Origin: Escherichia phage EK8
Reading direction: 5' to 3' (one strand)
Sequence record: PQ805430.1
Length of the DNA stretch: 64,000 bases
Position 1 is the stretch's first letter, and every line of letters begins with the position of its first letter. The notes below the pieces were generated by a model. That model searched no databases and was not told the DNA's origin. It worked only from the letters and a program-made list of their open reading frames with translations. The translations under genes were made by a program, and so were the position numbers. This document shows positions 54,201 to 63,850 of this stretch, one piece after another.

Positions 54201-57200
54201 CATGGTTAAAGCTGCTTTCTTACGCCGTGCTGAACCGCGTAAAGATGACGCCCATAAACCACGTACTCTGAACCAGCAAGACCGCATTGCCCCGGCAGAA
54301 CAACAGACTCAGCAAGAGCAGGTACAGGCTCAGGATACCAATGAGAATGACCCTACTCCGGCCAGCACTGTAGAAACCGACACCAACGTAACTACCGATC
54401 AGACTACGGCAACGAAGACTGACGAGAACACGAAGGCAGACGGTGCTACCCGTGTCCTACGTCCAGAAGGTAAATCTCTGGAGACTGCCCGTACCGAAGA
54501 ACGAGCTAAGCCATTCTCAGAACAGAACCTTGTTCTCACTGGTTTCGTTCAGCGTGTCCGTGAAGGTTTCGTTAACCCACTGGTTACCGTTGAAAACTTC
54601 ATGTCCAGCGTTATGGATAAAGCTGACTGGTCTGGTCGCTTCACCGAAGTGAACCGTTACCTTGCTCAGCCGATGAACGCTGCCCAGAAGAATCTGGTCG
54701 GTATGTTCACCAAATTCCATAAAGCAGTGGAAGGTGATATCGATCCTGCTATTAAACAGAAGATCGGTAAAACCCGTGGTGGTCTGGATCGCTCTGCTTA
54801 TAACTACCAGGATTTTGTCCAGTTTCTTACCACTGACGGTAAACTGGATGAAAACACGAAGACGGCCCTGACCGCCTCTATGTTCACCTGGCTTGCAGAG
54901 AACGGTAACAAGCTCATCGCCACTCGTGACGATATGGCTGGCCTGTTCCATATGGATAAAGGTGAAGTACCGGTAGAGATCCATAATCGCTTCTCTGAGA
55001 TCGGTTCTTCTCAGCGTGCTGTTATCCAGTCCCTTGGCCAACGTGCTTACCAGATGCTGGGCTTCAAGGTACTGAAAGACGTTGACCCTAACCGTGCTGG
55101 ACGTATGCAGCAAGCTCTCGGCATGTACGCAATGCACGTTATGATGAAACGTGGCTACCTGGAGCAGACAACTATGACTGCTCGTGAGTACGCCGACGTT
55201 ATCACTACTGGTTTGGATCCTGAAGCTGCTCAGGCTAAACGTGCAGAGTTTGCTCGTGACTTCCTGAATGGTGAGTCCATCGATAAAGCGAAAGAGACAT
55301 TCAACTTTGTTCGTGTACCACGTAAAGAAGTAAACGGTAAACTCGTACCGGCAGATAACATTGCCCGTATCGTTGAAGCCAACAAAGGGACTTCCGGGGT
55401 TATGAGCAAGCTGTTTAGCTTTGACTCATCCCAGACTTTCCCGTTGACTAAGAAGCCAGGTAAATTCATTCAGAATACCGTAGGTGACTTTGGTCAGCAG
55501 GTTCCTTCTGAATTGGCAGAACGTCTGACTAAAGCCCAGCAACAACCGTACCGGATCAATGAGTCCCTGGTTAACGCCATGAACACGATCCGCAATGTGG
55601 ATGAAGCTGCATTGCTGCACATGATGGGTGTTCGTACTGAGACAGAAACTCCGTTCATGCACGCTCGTGACCGTATCGGGCAGCAGGCCAAAAACGACGA
55701 TATCATTCGTGCTCTGGCTAATGCTGATGAGGTAATGGGTACTCTGGATTCCATCGACCAGCAGATCTATATGCCGCTGGCAGTATGGAGTAACAACCGT
55801 GTCGGCGTAGCGTCCAACATGCTCAACCCGCAGGGGAACAAAGTTCACCGTGCAATGGTAGGCATGGAAGCACACCGTGTTGATATCCCGGTAAACCAGG
55901 CACCAATCGACGCCAACGGTAACATCACTGAGTACGGCCAGTTCTTACTGACTGTGGCTCAGGGTATGGAAGAGGCGCCGATCAAGAAACCAGGCACTAC
56001 TGATAAGATGCCTACGGTTGATAAAGTGACTGGTGGTACTTATCTGCAAGGTATGCAGGAATACCTGAAAAGTGACAGCGTTCGTGCTGGCATTAAAGCC
56101 ATGCAGAATATCGTTGAGGGTAACTCCACTCCGCGTGATATCGAAACCGTTAAGCAAACCGTTGCCGAATTTGGCATGGGGCCACACTCCTTCCAGTCAC
56201 TCCATGCACTGGCTCTGGTTAACCAGGCTCGTGAACAGGGTGCTGAAAAAGTGCAGGTTGCTATCGGTGGCGAATCAGATGGTGTCACCAACGGGCCGAT
56301 CCTTACCAATGTGCTCTATGGTACGGCAGACACTGACCTTCTCGCTCGTGGTGGCCTTTACACTGCTGACGCTGGTGTTACCAACGTACCGCAGTACCGC
56401 GAACAAGGTGGGCAGGACTACTACCAGTTATTGGGGACAGCTCAGAAGGAAGCATGGGATGCCATGTATCCTCCGACGACTGGCCGGGTAACGGATCAGA
56501 ACCAGAAGTTCCGTCGTGCAATTGATTACTTATCTCCTGGTTTCGGCTCTCGTTCGAAAGCCAAAGTACAGGCTACCCCATTCAACTACGGTTCCGGTAT
56601 GGACTCGCTCAAGCGAGCAAGTGCCAGAGACACCATTGATAGTGTCTACGGTCATATCACTGATATTGCCGAAGCCTATAGCCGTTCCAAAGTTGAGGGT
56701 GATTTTGCTCGCCATAAACTGGAGAAAGCAATCGAGATCGTACTGGCCCAGGGCAAGACGCTAGGGATTAAAGTTCCCGCATTTTCCGGCCTGGGTAAAA
56801 CGGAATCACTGTTAACCACCGAATTGCCACGTCCAATTGTGGACGCGATTATGCAGATCGATATGGCTATCCGTGGTGAAGCATCCGAGACTGCGATTGA
56901 GCGTGTTGCTGCTCACTACATCAAAACCCGTGACACTAACACTGCGATTACTAATGCAGCGTTTGAAGTGGGCAAAGTTGTACGTGACCGTGCAGAGGCT
57001 CTGGCTCTGGAACAGGCAGTTAAAGACGGGCAAGTAGGTTCCATCAACGATATCGCCGTAGAAGGCTTATCGACTGATGCAAAAGCTAACCTGTCTGAAC
57101 AACTGCGTGAAGCCAGTGCTATCGTCCCTACCGCTACCGGATCCCTTTCCAAAAATAAACTGGAATCAGGTTACGTGGCTGCTAAGGTCGGTACTACCTT

Positions 57201-60200
57201 CAAAACCAATGACCCAACCACCGAGGTATATGCCTCGTTCCGTGAGGGTGCTAACCCTACTGGTACTGGCTTAACCAACACCAAACCGACGACCTTTAAG
57301 GACGTAAGATCTGGCGCTCAGGTTAAAGAACAGATCGCTCCGGGTGTGTCTACAAGTGCATTGGTTGTGCAGGGTACTGATGCTGCAATCTCAACTCGTG
57401 TTATCGCTGAGCGTCCGGCTCAGAACTTCCATGATGCGAACCTGTTCGCTATTACGGATATGATTGAAGGTGCCAAAGCGCAGAACAAAGCCATGTGGGA
57501 TACAGTGGTCGGTTATGACTCTCAGTTAGCGAATACCGAAGCATTAATCCGCACCCTAGAAGGTGTTACCCAACAAGACGGATTAACGTCACTGGATTGG
57601 ATTAATATTGCCGGGTCTTTGCAACAACTGGCTTTCAAGGCTGAACTAATTGGATCCCCTAAAGAGTCCGTATCGGCGGTAGCCGTACTTGGACGGGTAG
57701 TCGGTGATGCTTATAACCGTGAGATTGCCAAGCTCAACACACTCAACGAAGTTGAGTATGTAAACCAGTATGGTTATGAGGGTGGTGAATACCAGGTTAC
57801 TGCTGCCGACCGTAAAGCTCTGGCTGACAAAATTGACTCTCTACGCATATCACGGGATAAAGCGGTTGATAAGGCAATGACTCTTGGCGGTGAACTAAAT
57901 ACCCTGCTACAGCAAGGTACAACCACATCCAAGCGTAAAGCCGATGCTGTTAATGCTGCTCAACGCCGTCAGGCTATTGAACAAGCTGCTGCTGATAGCG
58001 TACCGGTTACCCGTGATGCCAAAGGCAAGAACGCTCTTGAGCGTTTCCTGACTGAAAGCAAAGACGGCACCGTTAATGCTAAAGACCTGATGAACTTTAC
58101 CGTTAAGTCCCTGGCTTCCGGTCGTACTGATGGTTCAGCACTGCAAAGCCGTATGCGTACCACTTACAGCGAACTTGCTAAAGTGCTCGCAGCGACTCTG
58201 CCGGAAAACCTGACCGTTAATATCCTGTCTGCTCAACATAATCCAAAAGGGGTTATGGGTGCTGAGCAGAACGTTAACTCACGAGCATGGTTTTATAGTG
58301 ACGGTAAGGTAAACCAGATCAACATCAAGATGGATGGCCCGGAAGCACCGGGGCTGGAAGTTGTGCTGCATGAAATGCTTCACGCTGCCACTGCCCGTGC
58401 TCTGGATGCTGCTCGCCGTGATCCTAAAGCTAACCCGGCTCTGACCGAAATCGTTGGCCGACTGGAATCACTGCGTAGCGAGATCGAACAGTCCGTACAG
58501 AGTATGCCTCAGTTTGCACCGGCAGTCCGTAACGTGGACGAGTTAATCTCGTGGGGTATGACTAATCCGGCATTTCAGCAACATCTTGATGGTTTGCAGT
58601 CCTCCATGTACCCACGTCAACGCGAAGGTGTACGTGGTCGTCTGGGTTCCATGTTTAAACAGTTTGCCAACACTGTGCTGCGTGCGGTCTACGCCTTTAC
58701 TGGTCGTAAGCCTTCCGCTAAACAGATGACGGCAATGGAAGCCCTAATTCTGGATACTGCTGACGTACTCCAGACTGCCACGGTTAATCCGGGCAATGCT
58801 GGTAACGTTAATCTGGCAATGGCCTCATCTACCCGTGCAGCACAAACTGCCGGACAGTACACCCATCGCCAGATATTCGATGCTCTGTCGTCCTCGACTG
58901 CTGGTAAGCGGAACACTTCTGCCTTTACCGGAAATCTGGGTAAGATCATCGAAAATGTATCGGATAAACTGTTTAGTCAAATTGGTGGTGATCACCTGAC
59001 CAACCTTCCGGCAGGTCACGGTTATACACCGGGCCAGGTATGGGCGAATGCTCTTACCGGGGGCAAGGCACCGTTCACTACCAAAGCATTGGCTGCTGGT
59101 TTCCACATGACTGACCAGGAAGCATTCGCTATCGAGTCCATTGAGACTGCGGTTGCTGCTGCTCTGGATTCTGGTTTCGGTACTGCTGTGAACCGTGAGA
59201 TCCGTAAATCCTGGGAAGCTGCCCGTAAGCAGGTAACCCCGGAACAGTTCCATAACGGTAACTGGAATACGGCTACCCCGGCAGAGAAAGCTGCTGCACA
59301 AGCAAAGTGGGATCACCTGTTCAAACTGGAAGCCAGCCAGAACGGTAAGAACCGCTACCTCGCACAGTTTGTGGCAATGACTCTGGGTCATGAAGAAACC
59401 AGTAAACTGATGGGCTTCACCAATGAAGTTGCCGATGCTAACGCTCCGGTCACTCCGTTCGAGAAAGCTGCTGCCTTCTTTAACCATTCGGTTAACTGGG
59501 CATCGGGTTACCTGACTCGCACCAACAATGGCCAACTGGTAAACCAGAAGGCTCAGGCACTGGCTCAACAGTTGATTGAAATCGACTTGAAGAACCGTGA
59601 CAAATCCGTTGATGCACTTGAGAAAGCGTTTATCTACGTCAGCGATCTGGGTGAGAAAGCTGGTAATAAAATCTGGGATGCTGCTCATGCAACTGCTGAT
59701 GCGAAACTGATTCGTGAGAACCCTCTCGGTATCGTTCGTATGGCCGGGTCTATTACCCGTCTGGCTGCTAAGCGTAATCTGGATGTGCTGAGCGATACCA
59801 TTCGTCAGGTACGTGATATGAATAACCCGAATACCGCTGATGGTTGGGCTGCTCAAATCCTGTCTGATATCGCTAACCCGGATAAAGTACGTAGTGCGTT
59901 CGAATCGCTGCAACGACACACGAACCTCATTGAACAACGTCGCCGTAATTTCGCAGAAATTACTCGTGGCAACGTGATGGGAGCGTTCGAAAATAACGGT
60001 GAGTATCTGACCAACGAAGATAAAACTGCGTTGTCTTATACCCTGCTGCGAACCGAAGCACACTCACTGCTCAATACCCGCTCCCTGGATGACGTTCAGC
60101 AACTGGTTTCCAGCAAAGCTAAACGTAATGCAGAGATTCGTAATCTGGAGCAAATCGTATTGGCAGATCCGAATGGTAATGATATGGTTATCCGCGCTAA

Positions 60201-62316
60201 AGCACTCGGCTATTATATGGTGACTGGGAAACCAACTGATGTAGGTTTAGCTAAGAATGCACAAGCCATTGCTTCTGGAGCTGGTACTCACTACGTCACG
60301 ACTGGTTTAGCAGACCGCAATGGTGCCCTGACAGAGGCAATAGATCAACTGGCTACTCTGTACGCCATAGACTACTCAAAACCAGAGCATTTATCGGCTA
60401 CTGCTGCCGTCATGAAACGTGAGATGGCTAACCCTTACAATGGCATTAAAGCGTTGCTGAATGTGCATAAAGTGCTGGCCGAGGACGCAGCCTCTACCCT
60501 GTTCCAGGATAACGAGATCTCCCGGATTAAAGGCTACGTTCCAGAGGTAACCAACCCTTATCGTGATGTGAAGATTGTTGAAGAGGGTGACCGTGCTCAA
60601 CGTTCAGAGCTTGAGGCAATGGGGTATCAGTTTGTAGGCATGGTGCCGACTGATCCGACTATCCCAAGCATGGGCAAGAAAGCAATGTACGCCACTAAGG
60701 ACAACGGCTCTCAACGTTACGTGTCTGGTGCTGTGAGCTTAACCAGCAATCAACGTAAAGGTTCGTCGGCTATCCGTAACCAGAACTACCGCAAAGGGCA
60801 AGGCCCGACTGTGGCCGATGGCAGCAAAGCTGTGTATGCCGCTGCTCGTCGCCGTGCTCAAATGAGTTATAAAGACTTTGACCCTACTCAGGTTAAAGAT
60901 ACTTATATGATTCCGGTGTTCGGAACTGATGGCCGTATTATGGACTTCCAGTACGAGATGAATGCCACTAACCGTGACACTCTGCTGGATCGTAACAATG
61001 ACTTTGCACACCTGCTGGGTCAGTACGCAGGGCAGAACTTCGATAAGCTGCATAGCCCGACTCAGAACCGAGTCATTATGGAAGCTTTACACGAAGACTA
61101 CCGATCCAACTACGCTGCCAATCCAGAGCGTTACGTTGCAATTGGGCCACAAGTTGCTGATGCCCGCTCCAGAGAAATCTGGGCTATGCTGCCGCAACAG
61201 ACCCGTTACGACGCTGAATCAATCTGGGGTGCAGGCGAACCTATGCAGGTACGCAGTGATCTGGTCAACCTCGTGTTCGGTTTCCGTAAGCTGACAGTGG
61301 CGAATGCCTTTGATAAGGATGCCCAGGATCGCAATATGGCCGAGTCTTTAGCGACCTCCGTTTTCAACACTCTGGGCCTCCTGACCAATTCCAACGGGAA
61401 AGTCATGGCTGCTCAGACTGAACGTGGTGTTCAAGGGGGTGTTGAACTACTGAAAGATATTATCGTGATCCGTAACGTCACCACTTTGATGCGCAACCTA
61501 GTGGGTAATGCAGCATTGCTGAAAGCCTATGGCGTGTCTCCGACTGATATTGTGAAGGACACCAAGACTGCTTTACAGGCTGGTTTGAGCTACCGCAAAA
61601 ACACTGCACTGCTGCTGAAATACCAACAGCAACAACGTGCAGGTATCGGTAACTACGAACAGCTTGAGCAGAAGATCATTCAACTGGAAGACCAGCTTGC
61701 TCGTAACCCGATCAAGGACTTCATCGAAGCCGGTACTATGCCGAGCATAGTTGATGATGTAGATACTTCTGATACTGCGTATACTTTTACGTCAGGCTTA
61801 CAGCAGAAGATCTCTGGTGTGACTGATAAAATCCCGGCATCTGTACGGACGGCGGCTAAGTGGGCGTTTGTGACTAAAGACACACCGCTTTACAAATTCC
61901 TGTCCAATACCGCTCAGTTCGGTGACTTTACGTCGAAATATGTGCTGTACAAATACAGTATGAATAAGGCGGATACTAAACTGAACCACGCAGAAGCGGT
62001 ACAGCGTGCAACCGATGCGTTCGTTAACTACGACCTGCCGACTTCGCCAGAGTTGCAGTATATGAACGACATGGGTTTGTTCATGTTTACGAAGTATCGT
62101 CTGCGGATCCAGCGTGCAATGCTGACCCTGATGAAGGAACGTCCGGGCACTGCACTGGCTCAATCCGTACTGGTGTCGCGCTTTACCGATGCACCTCCGG
62201 CACTGGAGCCTAACTTAATTACTGGTTTGGGTAATCCGTTCTCATCCGGCGTATTGCAGTTGCCGAATGCACTGACCCAGCCGATGCCGATTAAGTTAAT
62301 CCTCGGATCGCTGTAA
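51226..62316 (+). CDS. virion-encapsidated RNA polymerase (N4 vRNAP-like giant protein)
   Basis: uninterrupted 3696-aa ORF; size and position at end of late structural unit match N4 gp50; catalytic motifs not mapped by eye. Confidence 0.8.
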   Translation: MADSLLSQALNALSNGEFTNPTEAVSVPQAAPQQPVSKDSQVLDATQRINTGFAAKGIYPSISGEIERLNQQKAGREQVVQAYEEDMQRLVPTNALESGSPVIRTGAQITNAMAGFGSSIARIALQVKNLNNLGAVAAGMDGATDEEKLAFNREATQRGAEAAALVGNNARRVQDILGGVPGASAKAIAEASEIPNQLKAYPSDTNLLDREIPRGAAKIPSATQDDSLLGSVGQYFNNLNDRLVGSVNGMTGEDQTGQTESVRDRLQRAQTALTQTQKSLGNTAQGVDNEWGTDSWVNREQTQRMAQQLEEENKDLSIPGAIANTVGEYLANPSLVIQSAAESLPYALGRVGIIAGTTGQAVQNQTDGYRGQADGQLPTDEQISDVTRLNALHSGLNFVENVVNARALTGLSNAAITAPLRRGGEALADTALGRAITNAVARNGVSRAALAAGRAITPEPVRELGLTMAINGLTEAAQNQIETRNLLGDDRWDTEGNINAGVLGALSAGVMTGPSTLAAGAGAVGERIARAAQERRDAANPQAAEARRAAQDAAKPFEDLTNPEHADYNPQAAIRQQTNVFADESTTPEVRQAAIDRAQSVRDSAEQNLASVTDEVRQIQKDMATRQEIERRLEDIQTNPDSEYKGSEAQLTTIRDQIDERMPDEAAQQDLVSRFQAANENVERVRSAYDQFENAAGLRERQAPEEAQAQMDTATNPDATQEQVDTAADHVVTHPMQYTPEQLRTLADDTTNRFSDTQREAIRKLADARVAQNNLKDDLRVNQDIMQGGKGYRSLGEYTSAYAAAIRSGDKTMATNLREQLGRFQASHEQKAAVAQQMMDSGNYGQLIRQNSQWVANEGKKLRGKDKTRNGALDIHSGSGRLVARLQEEAEAIRATSAALDAMSQARPAAPATAPQPSSPAPANDATTTVEAKPEPAVVESEATVTKSSLSHYANDGVLTQDADGDMALRLDQFSPAEQQFLRDNNMVDAQNMVKAAFLRRAEPRKDDAHKPRTLNQQDRIAPAEQQTQQEQVQAQDTNENDPTPASTVETDTNVTTDQTTATKTDENTKADGATRVLRPEGKSLETARTEERAKPFSEQNLVLTGFVQRVREGFVNPLVTVENFMSSVMDKADWSGRFTEVNRYLAQPMNAAQKNLVGMFTKFHKAVEGDIDPAIKQKIGKTRGGLDRSAYNYQDFVQFLTTDGKLDENTKTALTASMFTWLAENGNKLIATRDDMAGLFHMDKGEVPVEIHNRFSEIGSSQRAVIQSLGQRAYQMLGFKVLKDVDPNRAGRMQQALGMYAMHVMMKRGYLEQTTMTAREYADVITTGLDPEAAQAKRAEFARDFLNGESIDKAKETFNFVRVPRKEVNGKLVPADNIARIVEANKGTSGVMSKLFSFDSSQTFPLTKKPGKFIQNTVGDFGQQVPSELAERLTKAQQQPYRINESLVNAMNTIRNVDEAALLHMMGVRTETETPFMHARDRIGQQAKNDDIIRALANADEVMGTLDSIDQQIYMPLAVWSNNRVGVASNMLNPQGNKVHRAMVGMEAHRVDIPVNQAPIDANGNITEYGQFLLTVAQGMEEAPIKKPGTTDKMPTVDKVTGGTYLQGMQEYLKSDSVRAGIKAMQNIVEGNSTPRDIETVKQTVAEFGMGPHSFQSLHALALVNQAREQGAEKVQVAIGGESDGVTNGPILTNVLYGTADTDLLARGGLYTADAGVTNVPQYREQGGQDYYQLLGTAQKEAWDAMYPPTTGRVTDQNQKFRRAIDYLSPGFGSRSKAKVQATPFNYGSGMDSLKRASARDTIDSVYGHITDIAEAYSRSKVEGDFARHKLEKAIEIVLAQGKTLGIKVPAFSGLGKTESLLTTELPRPIVDAIMQIDMAIRGEASETAIERVAAHYIKTRDTNTAITNAAFEVGKVVRDRAEALALEQAVKDGQVGSINDIAVEGLSTDAKANLSEQLREASAIVPTATGSLSKNKLESGYVAAKVGTTFKTNDPTTEVYASFREGANPTGTGLTNTKPTTFKDVRSGAQVKEQIAPGVSTSALVVQGTDAAISTRVIAERPAQNFHDANLFAITDMIEGAKAQNKAMWDTVVGYDSQLANTEALIRTLEGVTQQDGLTSLDWINIAGSLQQLAFKAELIGSPKESVSAVAVLGRVVGDAYNREIAKLNTLNEVEYVNQYGYEGGEYQVTAADRKALADKIDSLRISRDKAVDKAMTLGGELNTLLQQGTTTSKRKADAVNAAQRRQAIEQAAADSVPVTRDAKGKNALERFLTESKDGTVNAKDLMNFTVKSLASGRTDGSALQSRMRTTYSELAKVLAATLPENLTVNILSAQHNPKGVMGAEQNVNSRAWFYSDGKVNQINIKMDGPEAPGLEVVLHEMLHAATARALDAARRDPKANPALTEIVGRLESLRSEIEQSVQSMPQFAPAVRNVDELISWGMTNPAFQQHLDGLQSSMYPRQREGVRGRLGSMFKQFANTVLRAVYAFTGRKPSAKQMTAMEALILDTADVLQTATVNPGNAGNVNLAMASSTRAAQTAGQYTHRQIFDALSSSTAGKRNTSAFTGNLGKIIENVSDKLFSQIGGDHLTNLPAGHGYTPGQVWANALTGGKAPFTTKALAAGFHMTDQEAFAIESIETAVAAALDSGFGTAVNREIRKSWEAARKQVTPEQFHNGNWNTATPAEKAAAQAKWDHLFKLEASQNGKNRYLAQFVAMTLGHEETSKLMGFTNEVADANAPVTPFEKAAAFFNHSVNWASGYLTRTNNGQLVNQKAQALAQQLIEIDLKNRDKSVDALEKAFIYVSDLGEKAGNKIWDAAHATADAKLIRENPLGIVRMAGSITRLAAKRNLDVLSDTIRQVRDMNNPNTADGWAAQILSDIANPDKVRSAFESLQRHTNLIEQRRRNFAEITRGNVMGAFENNGEYLTNEDKTALSYTLLRTEAHSLLNTRSLDDVQQLVSSKAKRNAEIRNLEQIVLADPNGNDMVIRAKALGYYMVTGKPTDVGLAKNAQAIASGAGTHYVTTGLADRNGALTEAIDQLATLYAIDYSKPEHLSATAAVMKREMANPYNGIKALLNVHKVLAEDAASTLFQDNEISRIKGYVPEVTNPYRDVKIVEEGDRAQRSELEAMGYQFVGMVPTDPTIPSMGKKAMYATKDNGSQRYVSGAVSLTSNQRKGSSAIRNQNYRKGQGPTVADGSKAVYAAARRRAQMSYKDFDPTQVKDTYMIPVFGTDGRIMDFQYEMNATNRDTLLDRNNDFAHLLGQYAGQNFDKLHSPTQNRVIMEALHEDYRSNYAANPERYVAIGPQVADARSREIWAMLPQQTRYDAESIWGAGEPMQVRSDLVNLVFGFRKLTVANAFDKDAQDRNMAESLATSVFNTLGLLTNSNGKVMAAQTERGVQGGVELLKDIIVIRNVTTLMRNLVGNAALLKAYGVSPTDIVKDTKTALQAGLSYRKNTALLLKYQQQQRAGIGNYEQLEQKIIQLEDQLARNPIKDFIEAGTMPSIVDDVDTSDTAYTFTSGLQQKISGVTDKIPASVRTAAKWAFVTKDTPLYKFLSNTAQFGDFTSKYVLYKYSMNKADTKLNHAEAVQRATDAFVNYDLPTSPELQYMNDMGLFMFTKYRLRIQRAMLTLMKERPGTALAQSVLVSRFTDAPPALEPNLITGLGNPFSSGVLQLPNALTQPMPIKLILGSL

Positions 62317-62323
62317 AAAATAA

Positions 62324-62349
62324 AGCCTCCCTATTCGGGAGGCTTTTTA
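62324..62349. terminator. bidirectional terminator after vRNAP gene
   Basis: AGCCTCCC-TATTC-GGGAGGCT followed by TTTTT, A-run upstream. Confidence 0.7.
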
Positions 62350-62510
62350 CTTTCATGGTGCTCTTTCAATGCAGCCACGATAAAAGCGGCAACGATAATG
62401 ACTGCCGCTAAAAGTCCAACCCCATACAGGATGAACTTAAATACCATGAGCGCACCTATCAGAGCCAGGGCACCAAAGATGCCCAATATCCAGTAGATGA
62501 CACTGAGCAT
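62337..62510 (-). CDS. small membrane protein (~57 aa)
   Basis: hand-translated MLSVIYWILGIFGALALIGALMVFKFILYGVGLLAAVIIVAAFIVAAL...; stop inside terminator hairpin; not in ORF track. Confidence 0.3.
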
Positions 62511-62519
62511 CTATGCTCC

Positions 62520-63281
62520 TTAATCAAACAGATCCAACACTGCATCACCGCCAGCCGGTTTTACAAAACCTTCCTCAGTGGAGGTGACAGGTTTACCTGC
62601 ATCCTGAGTCGGAGCCGGGTCAGAAAACAGATCGAGGCTGTCTTCCGATACCTCCGTCTGCTGTTCACCGCCGAACGGATTGGATGCTGCCGTAGTGCTT
62701 TCAGCTTCGCCTTCATCTGCGAACAGATTTTCCGTCTGAGTTTCCACCGACTGCTCGGCTACGCTGCCTGACTGAGTATCAGCGAACAGATCAGTTGCTG
62801 CTTCTGTTCCTGCTCCTGCTGCCGCCGCAACCGTACTCGCTGCCGTCGTCGCTTTATCTGATCCCGTTTCAGGTTTGGTTTCCAGAACTGTTTCGGTTTC
62901 CGTACCTTTGGTTTCAGGCTGCTGCGCGTCCTGGCTTTCGCCTGCGGCTTCGCCAGACGCTTGCTGTGGTTGCTGAGTTTCTGCTGCTTGTTTAGCTTTC
63001 GCTTCATCGGCTGCAATTTCCTCTTTGGTGCGACGTTTACGACGCTTACGCGGAGTTGCAGGTTCAGCTTCACCAGTCGGTTTAGCTTCGCTTTCAGCTA
63101 CCGGATCAGTGTCGTCATCGTCGAAAGTGCCCTGGGGAACTTCCTCACCGACGCCAGCTACCGCTTTGATTTCGCCACCAATCGGGCCGATGTGAATTTC
63201 AACCGGTGCCAGGCCAGTTTCGGATTTCAGACCTAACAGTACCAGACGTAGAATGTCGTCGGTATTCAAAATGATTTGCAT
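62520..63281 (-). CDS. acidic, largely disordered protein with repeated D-L-F motifs
   Basis: 253 aa; ~45-aa N-terminal module, then Asp/Glu/Thr/Ala-rich low-complexity tail with TDLFAD, ENLFAD, LDLFSD, VLDLFD; basic RKRRKRR patch. Confidence 0.5.
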   Translation of the reverse strand: MQIILNTDDILRLVLLGLKSETGLAPVEIHIGPIGGEIKAVAGVGEEVPQGTFDDDDTDPVAESEAKPTGEAEPATPRKRRKRRTKEEIAADEAKAKQAAETQQPQQASGEAAGESQDAQQPETKGTETETVLETKPETGSDKATTAASTVAAAAGAGTEAATDLFADTQSGSVAEQSVETQTENLFADEGEAESTTAASNPFGGEQQTEVSEDSLDLFSDPAPTQDAGKPVTSTEEGFVKPAGGDAVLDLFD

Positions 63282-63286
63282 CTGGA

Positions 63287-63850
63287 TTATTCCTTCTTGG
63301 CTACCATAGCCATAGTTTTAAAGAGATCGGTTTCCATCGCTGCGTAGATCGCTGCAATGGCATCAGCCATGTGTTCAGCGAGGCTTGCATTCACCTCGCC
63401 CCGGTGCATAGGCCACGGTGCCTCCGGGTGCTTAGCCATTGCCCAAGCAATTGCCTGGGCTTTGGTTGCTTCCCTGGTGCCGGTAATTACCATTCTGGTT
63501 TCGATAGCGTTAACTTCGATCAGAGGTACGCGGGTATTTGAAGCCAGACTGAGTATACCGATACAAACGCCATACCCGGCCATAGCACGGGCAGATTGAC
63601 TACCATGAGGGACTTCGGCTGCGATGAGGTCACTTACCCTCATCCTGTCGATAAAGCCCTTAGAGAGCTGTTTAGCGCGGTTTAAATCGATAGCACTCTG
63701 CCGAGTTTGTTTACCCTTTGGAGTTACCGGTCGGATAACGTCCAGCCGTTCAATGATCAGCTTAGACGTTTCCGGGTTGTACAGACCTTCGGCAATGCCC
63801 CAGTTACTAAATGAGGGGTCACACCCCAGGATCCGTAAACCTTTAGGCAT
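63287..63850 (-). CDS. RuvC-like Holliday junction resolvase
   Basis: ATG 63850 (AAGGTGA RBS; track start 63877 alternative); LRILGCDPSFSNWG resembles RuvC N-terminal catalytic-Asp motif; C-terminal EHMADAIAAIYAA resembles RuvC acidic helix. Confidence 0.55.
   Translation of the reverse strand: MPKGLRILGCDPSFSNWGIAEGLYNPETSKLIIERLDVIRPVTPKGKQTRQSAIDLNRAKQLSKGFIDRMRVSDLIAAEVPHGSQSARAMAGYGVCIGILSLASNTRVPLIEVNAIETRMVITGTREATKAQAIAWAMAKHPEAPWPMHRGEVNASLAEHMADAIAAIYAAMETDLFKTMAMVAKKE

Noticed and set aside
58825-60063. 412-aa antisense ORF inside the vRNAP gene
   Set aside because: Embedded within the continuous 3696-aa sense frame; no RBS or motif; same artefact class. The same applies to 10826..12115 (+), 12505..13239 (+), 35436..36152 (-), 47365..48042 (-) and 54517..55137 (-)
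62520-63281. Calling the acidic protein a single-stranded DNA-binding protein
   Set aside because: No OB-fold-like region is recognisable and most of the protein is disordered; position alone is insufficient
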